38,170 nt of DNA from a virus (IMGVR_UViG_3300030392_000880:1-38170); one strand, 5' to 3'; positions 25,285 through 36,279 are shown, numbered from the stretch's first letter. The notes: generated by a model not told the origin, from the letters alone. Translations and numbers: made by a program.

Positions 25285-25457
25285 TGGCAAAACCACAACA
25301 CCCATTAGAAATAGCATATAGTAACTTTGACGAAACGGTAAAAAGACATTTATCGCAAGTAGAAAAGAATTTTAGAAACGTAAAAAACATACCCGAAGTA
25401 AAAACACCACGGAAAAAAAGAGGAGTTTTTGAAACTCCCTTTGGAGGTCAAATCTAA
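25284..25457 (+). CDS. Hypothetical 57-aa protein MAKPQHPLEIAY... (not in ORF track)
   Basis: TAATG coupling at both ends. Confidence 0.75.
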   Translation: MAKPQHPLEIAYSNFDETVKRHLSQVEKNFRNVKNIPEVKTPRKKRGVFETPFGGQI

Positions 25458-28276
25458 TGCCCTATGTAACACGATATAATGAATTTACAAATTCAAATGA
25501 AAGAGTATGGATTCCAGAGACTAATACTACATCTCCTTCTTTCTCCTCAATGCCAGAGTTTCTTCCTGGTGGAGGTGGGATGCCTTCTGCGGTAGGACCA
25601 TTTCCAGGAGGAGTAACGACTGGTGGAGGAAATCAAGATGGAAGGCGTGTATTACGCGGTGATAAAGGGTATGACGATTTTTATGGGATGTATGAAGATT
25701 TTGGTATGCCAGGAGCGATGCCACAATTCACCCAAAGAACAGATTCCTCACCAGGTTTTACATCAGAAGAAGATACGTTTGGATATAGTTTAAATGCTAA
25801 ACCACGTAGATTTAAGAATAAAACAGGAGAAGAAGTTTATAGAGATGTCCAGGAAATGGGAATACATAAAAGAAAAAAATCTCCTACATGGTCAAATGAA
25901 AGATGGTCAGATTATAAAAAATCATTCATAAATAGATGGTTAGAATTGAAGGGTTATTCTCCAGAGGAAATAGCAAGTTATCAGAGCTATTCGATGAATC
26001 CTGAAGGTACAAGGAATAAACCTTTTTATGAAACACAAGAAGAAGAGATAGAAAGAGAAGAAAGAGAAAAATTTGGATTGAAACCAGATATAAGAGTAAA
26101 AATATTTGATTGGGATTCCATTCCCGGTTCAACCATAATGGATGAATATGATGAATTTCAAAATATATATAAAGGTGTCTTTGATGATGATTCTTTATAT
26201 AGAGGTCAATGGAAATCTTTTGAAGATGTCTTACGTGAAAAAATAGGTGAAGAAATACCAAAGTCAGGTGTACCAGGATTTAATCAAAAACGTAATAGTC
26301 TTTTAAAATTAAGAGATTGGTATAATGATGAACGCTCAATAAATCAAAGAAGCAGAACAGAAGAAGAATGGAAAAAAGCAGGATTACCAGTAGGAGATTT
26401 TGGGGTTAATGGTAGATATGAAATTACACAAGAAGATTGGGAAAAATCTGATATAGGTAAAAAATACCTAAAAGATAATCCACCTGCAATTCCTTCAAAG
26501 GGGTATTCGAGGACTGAACGTGAGAATTTAAAAGATGCGTTTAGTAATTTTAATAGTCAATGGAGTCAAAATTTCAGCAAAGGGAATCCTATTTCTAATC
26601 TGGATTTCTTTGTATCAGGTGAGGATACGGAAGTTGTTGAAGATGATAGGGCAGGAATAGATGATGCTTTTGGAGATGCTTTTGATGTTGATGGGGATGA
26701 TGGTGAAGTAATAATTCCTGAGCCTGAGGGTATAAGAGAAGGTGATGCGAGGCAAAATTACATAAGTGATTTCTTGGCGGGTCAAATCCCAGATTGGGAA
26801 TGGTTAGCTACTGTAGGCCCAGATGAAATGTCAGATGAAGCTAAAAGAGAGTTGGCAGAAGCATCATGGAAAGATGCAACCGATGAAACTAAAAGTAAAT
26901 ATGGAGTAGTAGGACCATCACCAGAACCAGTAGTAACAACCGAAGGTACAGATGGAACAAAGATACTAACTGATACTTCAGCAGAAATTAATGCGTTTCG
27001 GGCATTAGCTGATTATTCAGGTCAATCATTACCATCCATTATAAAAATGAGTGTTGATGGTACATTACCTTCAATACCACCAGCTTTATTAGAAGAACTC
27101 AAACGACCACTTATTAGGATAAAACAGGCAGGAAAAGATGCTTTTGATAACCCAATTACAATAGATGTCGATATACCTAATCCTAATATAGAACCGTTAT
27201 TTAATATTTATAGAACACAGTTAGATACACAAGTAGAAGCGTTTAGGTTAGCAAAACAAAAAGACATATCTGATGCAGATAATGCTGCAAGATTTAATCA
27301 AGCGTTAATATCTGCAACAGGTGGTCTTGCCGGTAGAGGAGCAGAAACAGATTTTGACCCAGAAGATTTAGCGAAACAAGAACAAACAATGGCACGAATC
27401 GGTGCTACAGGAGGTTTAGAAACTTTAACACCTGAGGCATTACAGAAATTTCAGCAGCAACAGGCATTAATAGGTGCTACCGGTGGATTGAGTGGAAGAG
27501 AAGGTGGGTTGACACCAGAGGCACTTGCTCAACAAGAATTACAAAGACAACAAATATCAGCAACTGGAGGATTGTCAGGACTTACTCCATTCTCAGGCGC
27601 ACCTACTGCATCAGAAGCCTCTAAAATACAGCAACAGTTATTTGGAGCAGACCCGGCACGAGCTATATCTTCAGCAAGAAGCCTTACCCCATTTGAAATG
27701 GCACAACTTCAATTACAGCCATTACGTATGCAGCAAGCACAAGAACAAGCACGTAGAGAGGAAGAGCAAAGACAATTTAATGAACAACTAGCAATAAATC
27801 AAAGAGCGCAGCAACTTGCAGAATTAGAATCCCAACGTAGATTAGGATTACAGTCTGGCCAGTTACAGCAACAAAGACAATTAGAATTAGCAAGATTATT
27901 TTCAGACCCTACTGCTGTAGGTTCGCTAAGTGCAATATATGGTCCACAGTTCTTTGAACAAGAGCAAGTATTTGGAAGTCCGTTTGGAGGACAACCACCG
28001 TTACCAGATACTTCTTTTAATCAATTACAAAATCCCCAGCAACCGTCTTTTACACCAGCTACAAATGTATCTACACCTTTTGGTTCGAGTCTTACGACAG
28101 GTCAATTTCAAGAAATGTCACCATATGGTCAAAGTCAATATTTGACTACCCAAGCACGACAAAAAGGTAAAGGTAGACAGGAACTAGAAAGAGAAATGGA
28201 AGCAGTAACACCGTTTGGAACTCCAACAGGTAGAGGAGGATTAGACAAATACTTTAGTGGTACAGGTGAATTATAA
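25457..28276 (+). CDS. Putative DNA-ejection/pilot (internal virion) protein
   Basis: 939 aa; Gln-rich coiled-coil C-terminal part with four I(S/G)ATGGL repeats. Confidence 0.5.
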   Translation: MPYVTRYNEFTNSNERVWIPETNTTSPSFSSMPEFLPGGGGMPSAVGPFPGGVTTGGGNQDGRRVLRGDKGYDDFYGMYEDFGMPGAMPQFTQRTDSSPGFTSEEDTFGYSLNAKPRRFKNKTGEEVYRDVQEMGIHKRKKSPTWSNERWSDYKKSFINRWLELKGYSPEEIASYQSYSMNPEGTRNKPFYETQEEEIEREEREKFGLKPDIRVKIFDWDSIPGSTIMDEYDEFQNIYKGVFDDDSLYRGQWKSFEDVLREKIGEEIPKSGVPGFNQKRNSLLKLRDWYNDERSINQRSRTEEEWKKAGLPVGDFGVNGRYEITQEDWEKSDIGKKYLKDNPPAIPSKGYSRTERENLKDAFSNFNSQWSQNFSKGNPISNLDFFVSGEDTEVVEDDRAGIDDAFGDAFDVDGDDGEVIIPEPEGIREGDARQNYISDFLAGQIPDWEWLATVGPDEMSDEAKRELAEASWKDATDETKSKYGVVGPSPEPVVTTEGTDGTKILTDTSAEINAFRALADYSGQSLPSIIKMSVDGTLPSIPPALLEELKRPLIRIKQAGKDAFDNPITIDVDIPNPNIEPLFNIYRTQLDTQVEAFRLAKQKDISDADNAARFNQALISATGGLAGRGAETDFDPEDLAKQEQTMARIGATGGLETLTPEALQKFQQQQALIGATGGLSGREGGLTPEALAQQELQRQQISATGGLSGLTPFSGAPTASEASKIQQQLFGADPARAISSARSLTPFEMAQLQLQPLRMQQAQEQARREEEQRQFNEQLAINQRAQQLAELESQRRLGLQSGQLQQQRQLELARLFSDPTAVGSLSAIYGPQFFEQEQVFGSPFGGQPPLPDTSFNQLQNPQQPSFTPATNVSTPFGSSLTTGQFQEMSPYGQSQYLTTQARQKGKGRQELEREMEAVTPFGTPTGRGGLDKYFSGTGEL

Positions 28277-31200
28277 ATGACCAACAGATATCGCTCTCCT
28301 GAACCTACAAGATTTAGTAGACCTCAGACACAATCCCCAAGAGCATTAGCTGAGTTAGCAATGCGAGCAGGCCAACAAAGAGCCATAATGGAAGGTGGGC
28401 AACAAATACTTGGAACAGAACAACCTACCCCATTTGTAAAACCTGAGGATAGACTCGAAAATCAACCAAGAAGAGAACCAGATAGAGGTTTTTTCGCAAA
28501 GGCTGGTATGGGAGCTTTGAAAGGTTTAGTTGCAGGACAAGAAATAGGTGGTGGATTACTTAGACTTGGACTACAAGGACTAACACCAGGTGAACAAGGT
28601 GTAGAAACAGCATTTAAAAATCAAAAAGAAGGAAATTTTTTCCAAAGAGTTAGAAAAGCGTCAGTATCTACAGAAGGATTTGAAATAGATACACCTTTTG
28701 ATAATGTGCATATAACGATAGGTGGTAAAGATATAAAATTATTACCATCAAGAATTACAGGTCGTGGTGTAGCCGAAGTAATAGGTGACCCACTTAATGT
28801 AGTTGCCCTTGTACCATTTGTAGGTGCGCCAATTAGAGCGGCAGAAATGGCTGCATTTGGAGCAATCAAAGGTGCAGTTGGAGGAGTAGCAACAGGGGTA
28901 GCCCGAACAGCAGCTCAAAAATCTCTAGGGGGAGTAATTAAATCCGCAGGTGTAGGATTACCCGTAAATACAGTAGCAAGTGTTGCCGAAGAAACTCTTA
29001 AGGGAGCAGCAAAATCTTTTGACTTTGAAAAAAGAATTATCGGTAGGTATGGTAAGGCAGGAGTAACACCTACTGCAACAGCACCTGCTGTAGATGCAAA
29101 AGTACCAGATATTGAATTTGGAGCAGGTACTACCCAAGCAACAAAGGAAGCTGAGATAGCTGCTCTTGAAAATTCGGTAGACAATACTATTAGTGGTATT
29201 ACAAAACCATTTGAAAGATTTAGAAATTCACGAACAGGAAAATGGGTTGCAGGTAACGAAACACGTACATTTAGACAATTATTTGGAACAAGTAAGGTAG
29301 GTAGAGCATTTACAGAAAGAGTAAATGGATTACGTGGAATAGTGAGAGCAGGAGGAACAGATGCTTTTGCTAAAGTATCTAAAGCATTACATTTGCATAA
29401 TATCGCACAAGCTAGAGGATTGCAGCAAAACGGATTTAAAGCAAGATTTATGGAGTTAGCAGAAAAAGCAATGGATAAGGCTACTGGAAAACAGACCCTT
29501 ATATATGATGATGACGGATATCTACAAAATGCTTTACATCAAGCAGGCGAACTGGTAACAACTATTGCACCAAATATACGAAATAGAACTCATTCTTTAT
29601 CTATTTTGGAAAATATATTTTACGACCCTATAGAAAAACGTGTTGTAACAGGAAAGAGTAACTTAGATGTTCTAGCTCCAAACCCAAAAAAGCAAGGAGA
29701 ATTTAGGCTTCAGAAGCAAGAAGTTAATACAGTTAGAAACCAAGATGGAAGTGTCGAAATACAATATAGAGATGGAAATAATATTAGGTTAACTAATGAC
29801 CAAGTAAATATTTTAGAAGATACTTTGACTTACTTAAATGATGCAGGATTGCACGCATTTAAAAAAGAAATACAAATAATAAAGGGTATATATAAAGGTA
29901 CACCTAAAAATAAAGATTTACAGAAACAAGCATTACTAATAAGAAAAGATATTGCAAGACGAATCAATCTTGCTGAAAGAAAAAAATTAGGTACAGGTAA
30001 AGCAAAAAGAGATGTTTTAGATATCTACGGATTAAGTCAAAAACGTATTGTAAATGAACAAACTATAACAGATGGAGATATATTAAATTATATAGGTCAA
30101 AATCCTTTTACCGTGATTAACGGAAAAAAACGTTATTTATTAGTTGACGCATTTGGAGATGCTGACAAGTTTAAAATCCATAATAGTAGTTTTTTTCTTG
30201 ACTTAAAAAAAGGAGGAGGAGTAGAACCTGGAGTAAATTATGTAACTAGAGTATTAAAAGATGTCGCTTCGGCTAACGAAGAAATGAGTGACGCAATGTT
30301 AATACTTGGACATAATACCAGTAGAAGGGTAACAGGTGGTAAAACTCGATTAGAAATAGGTAGAGATTATACTCTTGACCAATTACTAGATACTGCTAAA
30401 ACTTCTGGAACATTGATATATAGGCCATCAGAAATTATAGAGGCATACAGTAAGGGAGCAATAAAAAAATCAATAAGAGACGAACTAAATGATGCTCTAT
30501 CTAAAATTGCAATAAAAGAATTATCTACAAATAATAAAAAATTACAACAAAAAATTGTAGAAATAATGTACCCGGAAGGCAAAAAAGGAATAAAAAAAGG
30601 TACACCAGGCCCAACATTTACGGAAGCACAAGCTCTTTTATTTAAACGAGATGCAAACACAAAAGATATTGGTAATTTACTTATAAGGCAATTAGGAATA
30701 GGAAATGCAAAAAGTAGTAATGCTGCATTTTTCAAATGGATAAACGAAGAAATATTTGCACCTATGAGAGGATTTAGAGCAGGATTAGATTTAGGTTTTA
30801 TGGGGATAAATACCTTGCCTGTGCTATTTATAAATCCTGTAGCCTACGGAAAAACATGGAGTAATATTATAAAAACATTTGGTCAAAAAGATAGATATAA
30901 ACATTTTTTACAAAGTAAAGCAAATGTTATAGAAGAAATGACTGAAAGTGGAATACATATGAGTAGTTATGGTGCTGACTTATATGATGCCCTACAAAGA
31001 CCAGGGAGTTCTATAGGGTTATTATCACGAACACCTGGTGTTGGAAATACTCTTGAAAAAGTTGCATCTAAAACATTATCACCATTTGAGCAATCTTTTT
31101 ATGCTGCTGTAGACTCGGCAAGAATTAGTTTATTTGAATTTTATAGTCCGTTATGGAACAATATAGATGATGCTGCCTTACAATTAGCTACACGAAGGCA

Positions 31201-32947
31201 AATGGCAGATTTCATAAATTATTCAACTGGTGGATATAGTACAGTTGAAGCAGGATTAACTCCTACACAACGAGATATAGAATCTTCATGGGTATTCTTT
31301 TCACCAAGATATACTAGAGCATCAATGGGATTAGTAAGTTTAGTATTTGATGGGTCGGTACAAGGTGCAGAAGCTAGAAGATTGTTAGCTAATGCTTTAA
31401 CAGCAGGAACTATGATGTATGCAAGTACCTGTGAGGCTTTAGGTGTCGAACCAAACTTTGACCCTACATCTTCTGAATTTTTTTCAGTACCAATAGGTGG
31501 TGACCTCGTTGGTCCTGGTACGTTCTATAGACAACTACTAACACTTAATGCTCGAATGATAGAAAACCCTGAAGCATTATATTTTTCAGACGACAAACCT
31601 GGTGTCCAATTTGAAGAAAAATTATTTAATCATCCTATAGTAAGATTTTTTAGGGGTAGAACACCGATAGGTACAGGATATGCAATAGACCTTGCAACAG
31701 GTTCAGATTATTTAGGTAGAGAATTAGATGGATGGCAAGATAATATAGAACACGCAGCTACGCTAGGAGTTCCGTTTTGGGCTGAGAGTTTGCTTTTCGC
31801 AGACCCTTACAGAGCAGGTCCAGCAGGGTTTGTATCAGAAATGTTAGGTGCTAGGTCATTTCCACGTAATCCATATCAACGTAGGCGTGAATTAAGAGAT
31901 GCCTTAGCTGCTAAAGAATATGGACATGAATTTGAGTGGAATACCTTAAATCAAGCAGAAAAAAATAATATTCAATTTGCAAGTGTAGAATTAGAAAACT
32001 TAGATGAAGAAGTAAGAAAAGTAAAAGGTGATAGAGCTGGAGGATTTGATATAAGAATGGAAGAATATTTAGGAAAAAGAGATGTAATAAAAGATACTTT
32101 TAGGAATACGATTATTGAAAAAGCAGAAGCGGTTAACCTTTCAAATACTTCTGATACTTTAGATGAATTATATAGTGTAACTTATCCACAAGCTATGGCT
32201 GCAAAAAGAAGGGCAGAAATAAAATTAAAAGAAGAATATGCGGATATTATAAATTATTTTGACGAAAAGCTACAGAGTGGTGAATATGTAAAACAATATC
32301 CAGATATGGTATATGACGAATATAGAGAACAAGTTAACGACCCAACTATTCGAGCTGATGGTACTATAGATGGTGCTAGAAGAAGGCGATTACAGCAAGT
32401 TTTTTTTGATACCCACCTAGGATTTGAAGATTACGCAACACAATATTGGGATACATTTAATAATGACCCAGATAGTATACCTGCTATACAAGAAAGAAAT
32501 ACCTTTTTAGGTAAATGGGGAGATAGATATTTTGAAGGTGTCCAAAATCATGTCTTTAACGAAGCACCTAGACTACAACCATACGAAACAAGTTATAATT
32601 ATTTTAGAGAATTAACACAGGAACAAAGAGATTATGTTCGTAGTGCAAAGCAACCTGTGGTTGCAGTGAAAATGCCAACAGATAAAGAAGGCGACCCAGT
32701 TGTCATACGAGAATTTAATGTTCTAGCTATAAAAGAAATATCAAATAGAATAAATAAATACCAGAAAGCCATGAGACAGCAAAACGTTGAATTAGACACA
32801 GGTATATATAGATATGGTATAGAAGGTTCACGAACCGTATACCACCCTGAGAATAAGGCAAAATTGGACTCAGAACGTAGGTTAGCAGGTCCGTTTGGAA
32901 TAGAGAAACAATCATCCTTTAAATTACTAAACTATGAAAGTAGTTGA
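28277..32947 (+). CDS. Large internal virion/ejection protein
   Basis: 1556 aa; G/A-rich hydrophobic N-terminal segment (GDPLNVVALVPFVG); size and composition typical of podovirus ejectosome proteins. Confidence 0.55.
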   Translation: MTNRYRSPEPTRFSRPQTQSPRALAELAMRAGQQRAIMEGGQQILGTEQPTPFVKPEDRLENQPRREPDRGFFAKAGMGALKGLVAGQEIGGGLLRLGLQGLTPGEQGVETAFKNQKEGNFFQRVRKASVSTEGFEIDTPFDNVHITIGGKDIKLLPSRITGRGVAEVIGDPLNVVALVPFVGAPIRAAEMAAFGAIKGAVGGVATGVARTAAQKSLGGVIKSAGVGLPVNTVASVAEETLKGAAKSFDFEKRIIGRYGKAGVTPTATAPAVDAKVPDIEFGAGTTQATKEAEIAALENSVDNTISGITKPFERFRNSRTGKWVAGNETRTFRQLFGTSKVGRAFTERVNGLRGIVRAGGTDAFAKVSKALHLHNIAQARGLQQNGFKARFMELAEKAMDKATGKQTLIYDDDGYLQNALHQAGELVTTIAPNIRNRTHSLSILENIFYDPIEKRVVTGKSNLDVLAPNPKKQGEFRLQKQEVNTVRNQDGSVEIQYRDGNNIRLTNDQVNILEDTLTYLNDAGLHAFKKEIQIIKGIYKGTPKNKDLQKQALLIRKDIARRINLAERKKLGTGKAKRDVLDIYGLSQKRIVNEQTITDGDILNYIGQNPFTVINGKKRYLLVDAFGDADKFKIHNSSFFLDLKKGGGVEPGVNYVTRVLKDVASANEEMSDAMLILGHNTSRRVTGGKTRLEIGRDYTLDQLLDTAKTSGTLIYRPSEIIEAYSKGAIKKSIRDELNDALSKIAIKELSTNNKKLQQKIVEIMYPEGKKGIKKGTPGPTFTEAQALLFKRDANTKDIGNLLIRQLGIGNAKSSNAAFFKWINEEIFAPMRGFRAGLDLGFMGINTLPVLFINPVAYGKTWSNIIKTFGQKDRYKHFLQSKANVIEEMTESGIHMSSYGADLYDALQRPGSSIGLLSRTPGVGNTLEKVASKTLSPFEQSFYAAVDSARISLFEFYSPLWNNIDDAALQLATRRQMADFINYSTGGYSTVEAGLTPTQRDIESSWVFFSPRYTRASMGLVSLVFDGSVQGAEARRLLANALTAGTMMYASTCEALGVEPNFDPTSSEFFSVPIGGDLVGPGTFYRQLLTLNARMIENPEALYFSDDKPGVQFEEKLFNHPIVRFFRGRTPIGTGYAIDLATGSDYLGRELDGWQDNIEHAATLGVPFWAESLLFADPYRAGPAGFVSEMLGARSFPRNPYQRRRELRDALAAKEYGHEFEWNTLNQAEKNNIQFASVELENLDEEVRKVKGDRAGGFDIRMEEYLGKRDVIKDTFRNTIIEKAEAVNLSNTSDTLDELYSVTYPQAMAAKRRAEIKLKEEYADIINYFDEKLQSGEYVKQYPDMVYDEYREQVNDPTIRADGTIDGARRRRLQQVFFDTHLGFEDYATQYWDTFNNDPDSIPAIQERNTFLGKWGDRYFEGVQNHVFNEAPRLQPYETSYNYFRELTQEQRDYVRSAKQPVVAVKMPTDKEGDPVVIREFNVLAIKEISNRINKYQKAMRQQNVELDTGIYRYGIEGSRTVYHPENKAKLDSERRLAGPFGIEKQSSFKLLNYESS

Positions 32948-32972
32948 AAAATTCTAATTTATTTTGTATATT
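32944..32972 (+). promoter_or_regulatory. Sigma70-like promoter TTGAAA-17-TATATT for scaffold/capsid operon
   Basis: Correct spacing in the intergenic gap before the scaffold gene. Confidence 0.55.
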
Positions 32973-33028
32973 CAGATATGTAACCTATGGGTTATTTAAC
33001 AACAACTCACCTAAGGGCAGAGAAAATA

Positions 33029-33799
33029 ATGGCTGAACAAGAAAACGTACAAGAACCGACTGAGCAAAATGCTGTAAGCCCACAAGCTGAAGCAGTTGCA
33101 AAAGAAATTATCGAAGATAATAACGCAAAAGCTGCCGAACCTACGGGGGAACAGCAAGTAGAAACAAAACCAGTCGTACCCGAATATGAATCTATCCTAC
33201 GGGATTTTGTTGGAAAAGAACAAGGTCGTATAGCAGATACGTTTGGAAGGAAAGCCGATGAGTTGGAACAGCGAATTAGTAGTAAAGTTGATTCTGCGTT
33301 AAAACCTTATCAGGAATTAATGCAAAAACAGGAACAGGCTCATATAGAAACTCTTGATGAAACTGAACAAATAGATTATTGGAAGGGAAAGGCGATGAGG
33401 ACTGAAGAACCTGTACAGGCAGAACAGTCTATGTCACCTGAACAATCAATACTCGCACAAGAAGTTCAGTCGATGGTAAATCAATCAGGAGCAAATATTT
33501 CTATAGGAGATACAAGGTTATGGCAAGGTTATAATCAAGGGATGTCGGTAGGTCAATCAATAAGACTTGCTGAACAGAACTTACGAAGATTAACTACACC
33601 AGCACCTGCGAACCCTGCTCCTACATCATCTTCTCAACCTAATACCGCACCTACAACCCAAGGCGCACCTCAACGCACAGCCAAATCGGTAAATACATTA
33701 TCCGATGCTGCAACATTGTTTGCTGATGGCAATATAAACTCTGCTCAATACAGAGATATAAAGAATCAGCTCAAGCAAGGCGGCTCGGCAACTTTATAG
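33029..33799 (+). CDS. Capsid scaffolding protein
   Basis: Acidic, helical, P/T linker and short C-terminal helix pair; directly before the capsid gene; start MAEQENVQ preferred. Confidence 0.75.
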   Translation: MAEQENVQEPTEQNAVSPQAEAVAKEIIEDNNAKAAEPTGEQQVETKPVVPEYESILRDFVGKEQGRIADTFGRKADELEQRISSKVDSALKPYQELMQKQEQAHIETLDETEQIDYWKGKAMRTEEPVQAEQSMSPEQSILAQEVQSMVNQSGANISIGDTRLWQGYNQGMSVGQSIRLAEQNLRRLTTPAPANPAPTSSSQPNTAPTTQGAPQRTAKSVNTLSDAATLFADGNINSAQYRDIKNQLKQGGSATL

Positions 33800-33811
33800 G
33801 AAATTAAGACA

Positions 33812-34708
33812 ATGGCAACAGGATTATCCCTTTCAGACTCATCGAGTTTGGAAGATATGTCAAAAATCATTGTCGCTGAAGCAATAGATAACGTAGAACA
33901 CGCTGCACCAATGGCAGACCTTGTTTCTCGCTATGACATACCGTCTGGCAGTAAACAAGTCAATGTTCCAATTTGGGGTAGACAATCTGCGGTAGCTTTA
34001 ACAGAAGGTGTAGATATCTCTGTTCCGCAACAAGTAACAGCAACAGTTGTTAACTTGACTGCATCAGAACACGGTATTTTATCTTTTGTAAGCGACAGAT
34101 TAAAACATGAGAATAATGAGAACGTATTGTCAGCAGTTGGTACAATGCACGGAAGAGCAGTTGGCCGATTACTAGATAGCGACCTTATTACACTTCTTGA
34201 CGGTTTTAGCACCACTGTTCCCGGTGCAGGTACTGCTGCATCAGTGCAGACAATAGCCGGAGCTGTAGCTTATCTTCGTACTAATAACAGTGACACTTAT
34301 GGACCTGCTCCAAGCAAACCTCATGCAGTTTTGCACCCAGAGCAGATACGTAGGTTGACAGAAGATTTAGCAGGCTTTGATACAGGTGTTAGAAATAACA
34401 ATGCAATCCCTGATGGACCATCAGCGGATATCATCAGCTCATACTGGAGAGGAAACGACCCGGTATTTGGAGTACCTATCTATGAAGATGGAAACATCTC
34501 CAGAGACGATAACGGTGATTCCAAAGGTGGAGTTTTCGCAAAGGAAGCACTTGCTCTCGCAATGGAAATAGAAATCCATGCGGAAGAAGAACGTGACGCA
34601 TCCCTTCGTGGTACTGAAATAGTTACCGTGGGAACTTGGGGTGAGTCAGAAATTGTTGATGTATGGGGAGTAGAAATATTCTCTGCTACAGACGCATCAA
34701 CTACATAA
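33812..34708 (+). CDS. Major capsid protein (HK97 fold)
   Basis: QVNVPIWG...ALTEG.D...VNLTASEHG...AVGRLLDSDLI...AVLHPEQ...FGVPIYE...EEERDASLRGTEIV pattern. Confidence 0.92.
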   Translation: MATGLSLSDSSSLEDMSKIIVAEAIDNVEHAAPMADLVSRYDIPSGSKQVNVPIWGRQSAVALTEGVDISVPQQVTATVVNLTASEHGILSFVSDRLKHENNENVLSAVGTMHGRAVGRLLDSDLITLLDGFSTTVPGAGTAASVQTIAGAVAYLRTNNSDTYGPAPSKPHAVLHPEQIRRLTEDLAGFDTGVRNNNAIPDGPSADIISSYWRGNDPVFGVPIYEDGNISRDDNGDSKGGVFAKEALALAMEIEIHAEEERDASLRGTEIVTVGTWGESEIVDVWGVEIFSATDASTT

Positions 34709-34732
34709 GATAACGGTTAGGAATTACTTATT

Positions 34733-35101
34733 ATGGTTACTCAGGATACCTCGCAATGGATAGCGAAAAAACAAGGGAAAGTAAAACAGTTCCTTGGCAA
34801 TTCCATCGCAGAGTTAAACCTTGATACTCCGCCTGGTGCGGAGAAGGTGACACTTTACGACCAAAGAGATGGTTCAAAGTTAGTCGTTCCGAGTTACAGA
34901 ACAGGTAAATTACTAGCCGCACCTTATAGAACATCTACAATAGTAGATGGAACTATTGTGTCTAAAGTAAATGAATCAAAAAAATTATATGATTGGACTC
35001 CACCTCCTAATATTGAGAACAATGTAGACAGCGCGGTCAAAACTGTTTCTAAAATTAGTGGGAACAAACGTAAACGAGGAAAGAGAGGTCGTAGAAAATG
35101 A
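34733..35101 (+). CDS. Hypothetical protein with basic C-tail
   Basis: Ends KRKRGKRGRRK. Confidence 0.7.
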   Translation: MVTQDTSQWIAKKQGKVKQFLGNSIAELNLDTPPGAEKVTLYDQRDGSKLVVPSYRTGKLLAAPYRTSTIVDGTIVSKVNESKKLYDWTPPPNIENNVDSAVKTVSKISGNKRKRGKRGRRK

Positions 35102-35571
35102 GACAACCAGTAGTATCTCCCCCTGAATCTATGCAGAAATATTGGAAAGACGAGGTTATTCGTAACCGCCCTGACCAAGTGACTGCATATCTAAAGAGGC
35201 ATGGGCTGGATTCACTGCCCTCACCTACGTACATTACTCCAGATACTGCGATATATTATCGTCAGGAGAAGGGTGAATGGGTATCTCTTGAATATCCCGG
35301 ACAAACTCACGGACTCGCTACCGCAGTAGAGAAAAATTGGCTCATGGCTCCCCCTGTGGTTGAGACGTTAGAAGCCGATTCTACGGTTGCAACAGGTAAG
35401 AGCGATTTAGAGGTGGGGTTAGAACAATTATCAGATAATTTAAAGAAACGTGATACTAGACAACAATCGAAAATTGAGAAACCTTTCAAGTGCAGTAAAT
35501 GTACGAGAAGGTTTAAATCCGAAGCTGGTGTTAAAGTACATATTAACGCTAGACATCGAGAGGAAAAATAA
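35098..35571 (+). CDS. Hypothetical protein with C-terminal C2H2 zinc finger
   Basis: KPFKCSKCTRRFKSEAGVKVHINARH. Confidence 0.8.
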   Translation: MRQPVVSPPESMQKYWKDEVIRNRPDQVTAYLKRHGLDSLPSPTYITPDTAIYYRQEKGEWVSLEYPGQTHGLATAVEKNWLMAPPVVETLEADSTVATGKSDLEVGLEQLSDNLKKRDTRQQSKIEKPFKCSKCTRRFKSEAGVKVHINARHREEK

Positions 35572-35572
35572 A

Positions 35573-35908
35573 ATGACAGCAGGTACAAGACAATATACGT
35601 CTAGTGCTGATTCAGCTACGCTAGCAGCGGGGGATATAACTGTCACCAATGCTACCGACAAGATTCTTACTTACGACCCAGGTGGTGGAGCAAGAACTGT
35701 CGACCTTGTATTCGTAGATACCTCTGAGACTGGTGTAACTACATCATTCGCAGAATTATTTATTGACAACGTGGCTGATGGAGCAGAGGCAATTACAGTC
35801 AGAGATGGAAACAACTCAGATTCTGCCCTTTGTTTAATTGAGCAAAATAAAATGGCTCATTTTCAATGGACAGGAGCGAAGTGGGTAACAACCACTGGTG
35901 AGACTTAA
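35573..35908 (+). CDS. Small beta-rich virion protein (decoration-like)
   Basis: GAGGA Shine-Dalgarno before ATG 35573; last gene before the terminator. Confidence 0.55.
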   Translation: MTAGTRQYTSSADSATLAAGDITVTNATDKILTYDPGGGARTVDLVFVDTSETGVTTSFAELFIDNVADGAEAITVRDGNNSDSALCLIEQNKMAHFQWTGAKWVTTTGET

Positions 35909-35929
35909 GTCGATAAACTAGCAATTAGT

Positions 35930-35962
35930 GTAGGGGGGATTTATTTCTCCCCTACCTTATTT
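35930..35962 (+). terminator. Intrinsic terminator-like hairpin after the capsid operon
   Basis: GUAGGGGGGA/UCUCCCCUAC followed by CUUAUUU. Confidence 0.6.
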
Positions 35963-35973
35963 GAGGAAACAAT

Positions 35974-36279
35974 ATGGCTAATATAGGATATGAAAAACTA
36001 GCAGTAGCAGACTCAGCAGTTGGATTGGGAGAAATTCCATCTATGGCAACACGGGCATATATCCAATGTGATACAGCAGCAGTTCGTTTCAGATATGATG
36101 GAACTGCACCTACAACCGCAGAAGGTACGTTAATAGCAGCAGATGGAAGCATCACTCTTAAGGGAGAAGATATTTTATCTACTGTTAGATTTATACGAAC
36201 TACTTCAACAAGTGCATCTTTAAAAGTTGCATACGGTACAGCAGGTTCAGGCGTAGAATCATCAATGGATGCGATTTAA
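35974..36279 (+). CDS. Small beta-sandwich virion protein
   Basis: AYIQCDTAAVRFRYDGTAPT..G motif; GAGGA Shine-Dalgarno. Confidence 0.6.
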   Translation: MANIGYEKLAVADSAVGLGEIPSMATRAYIQCDTAAVRFRYDGTAPTTAEGTLIAADGSITLKGEDILSTVRFIRTTSTSASLKVAYGTAGSGVESSMDAI

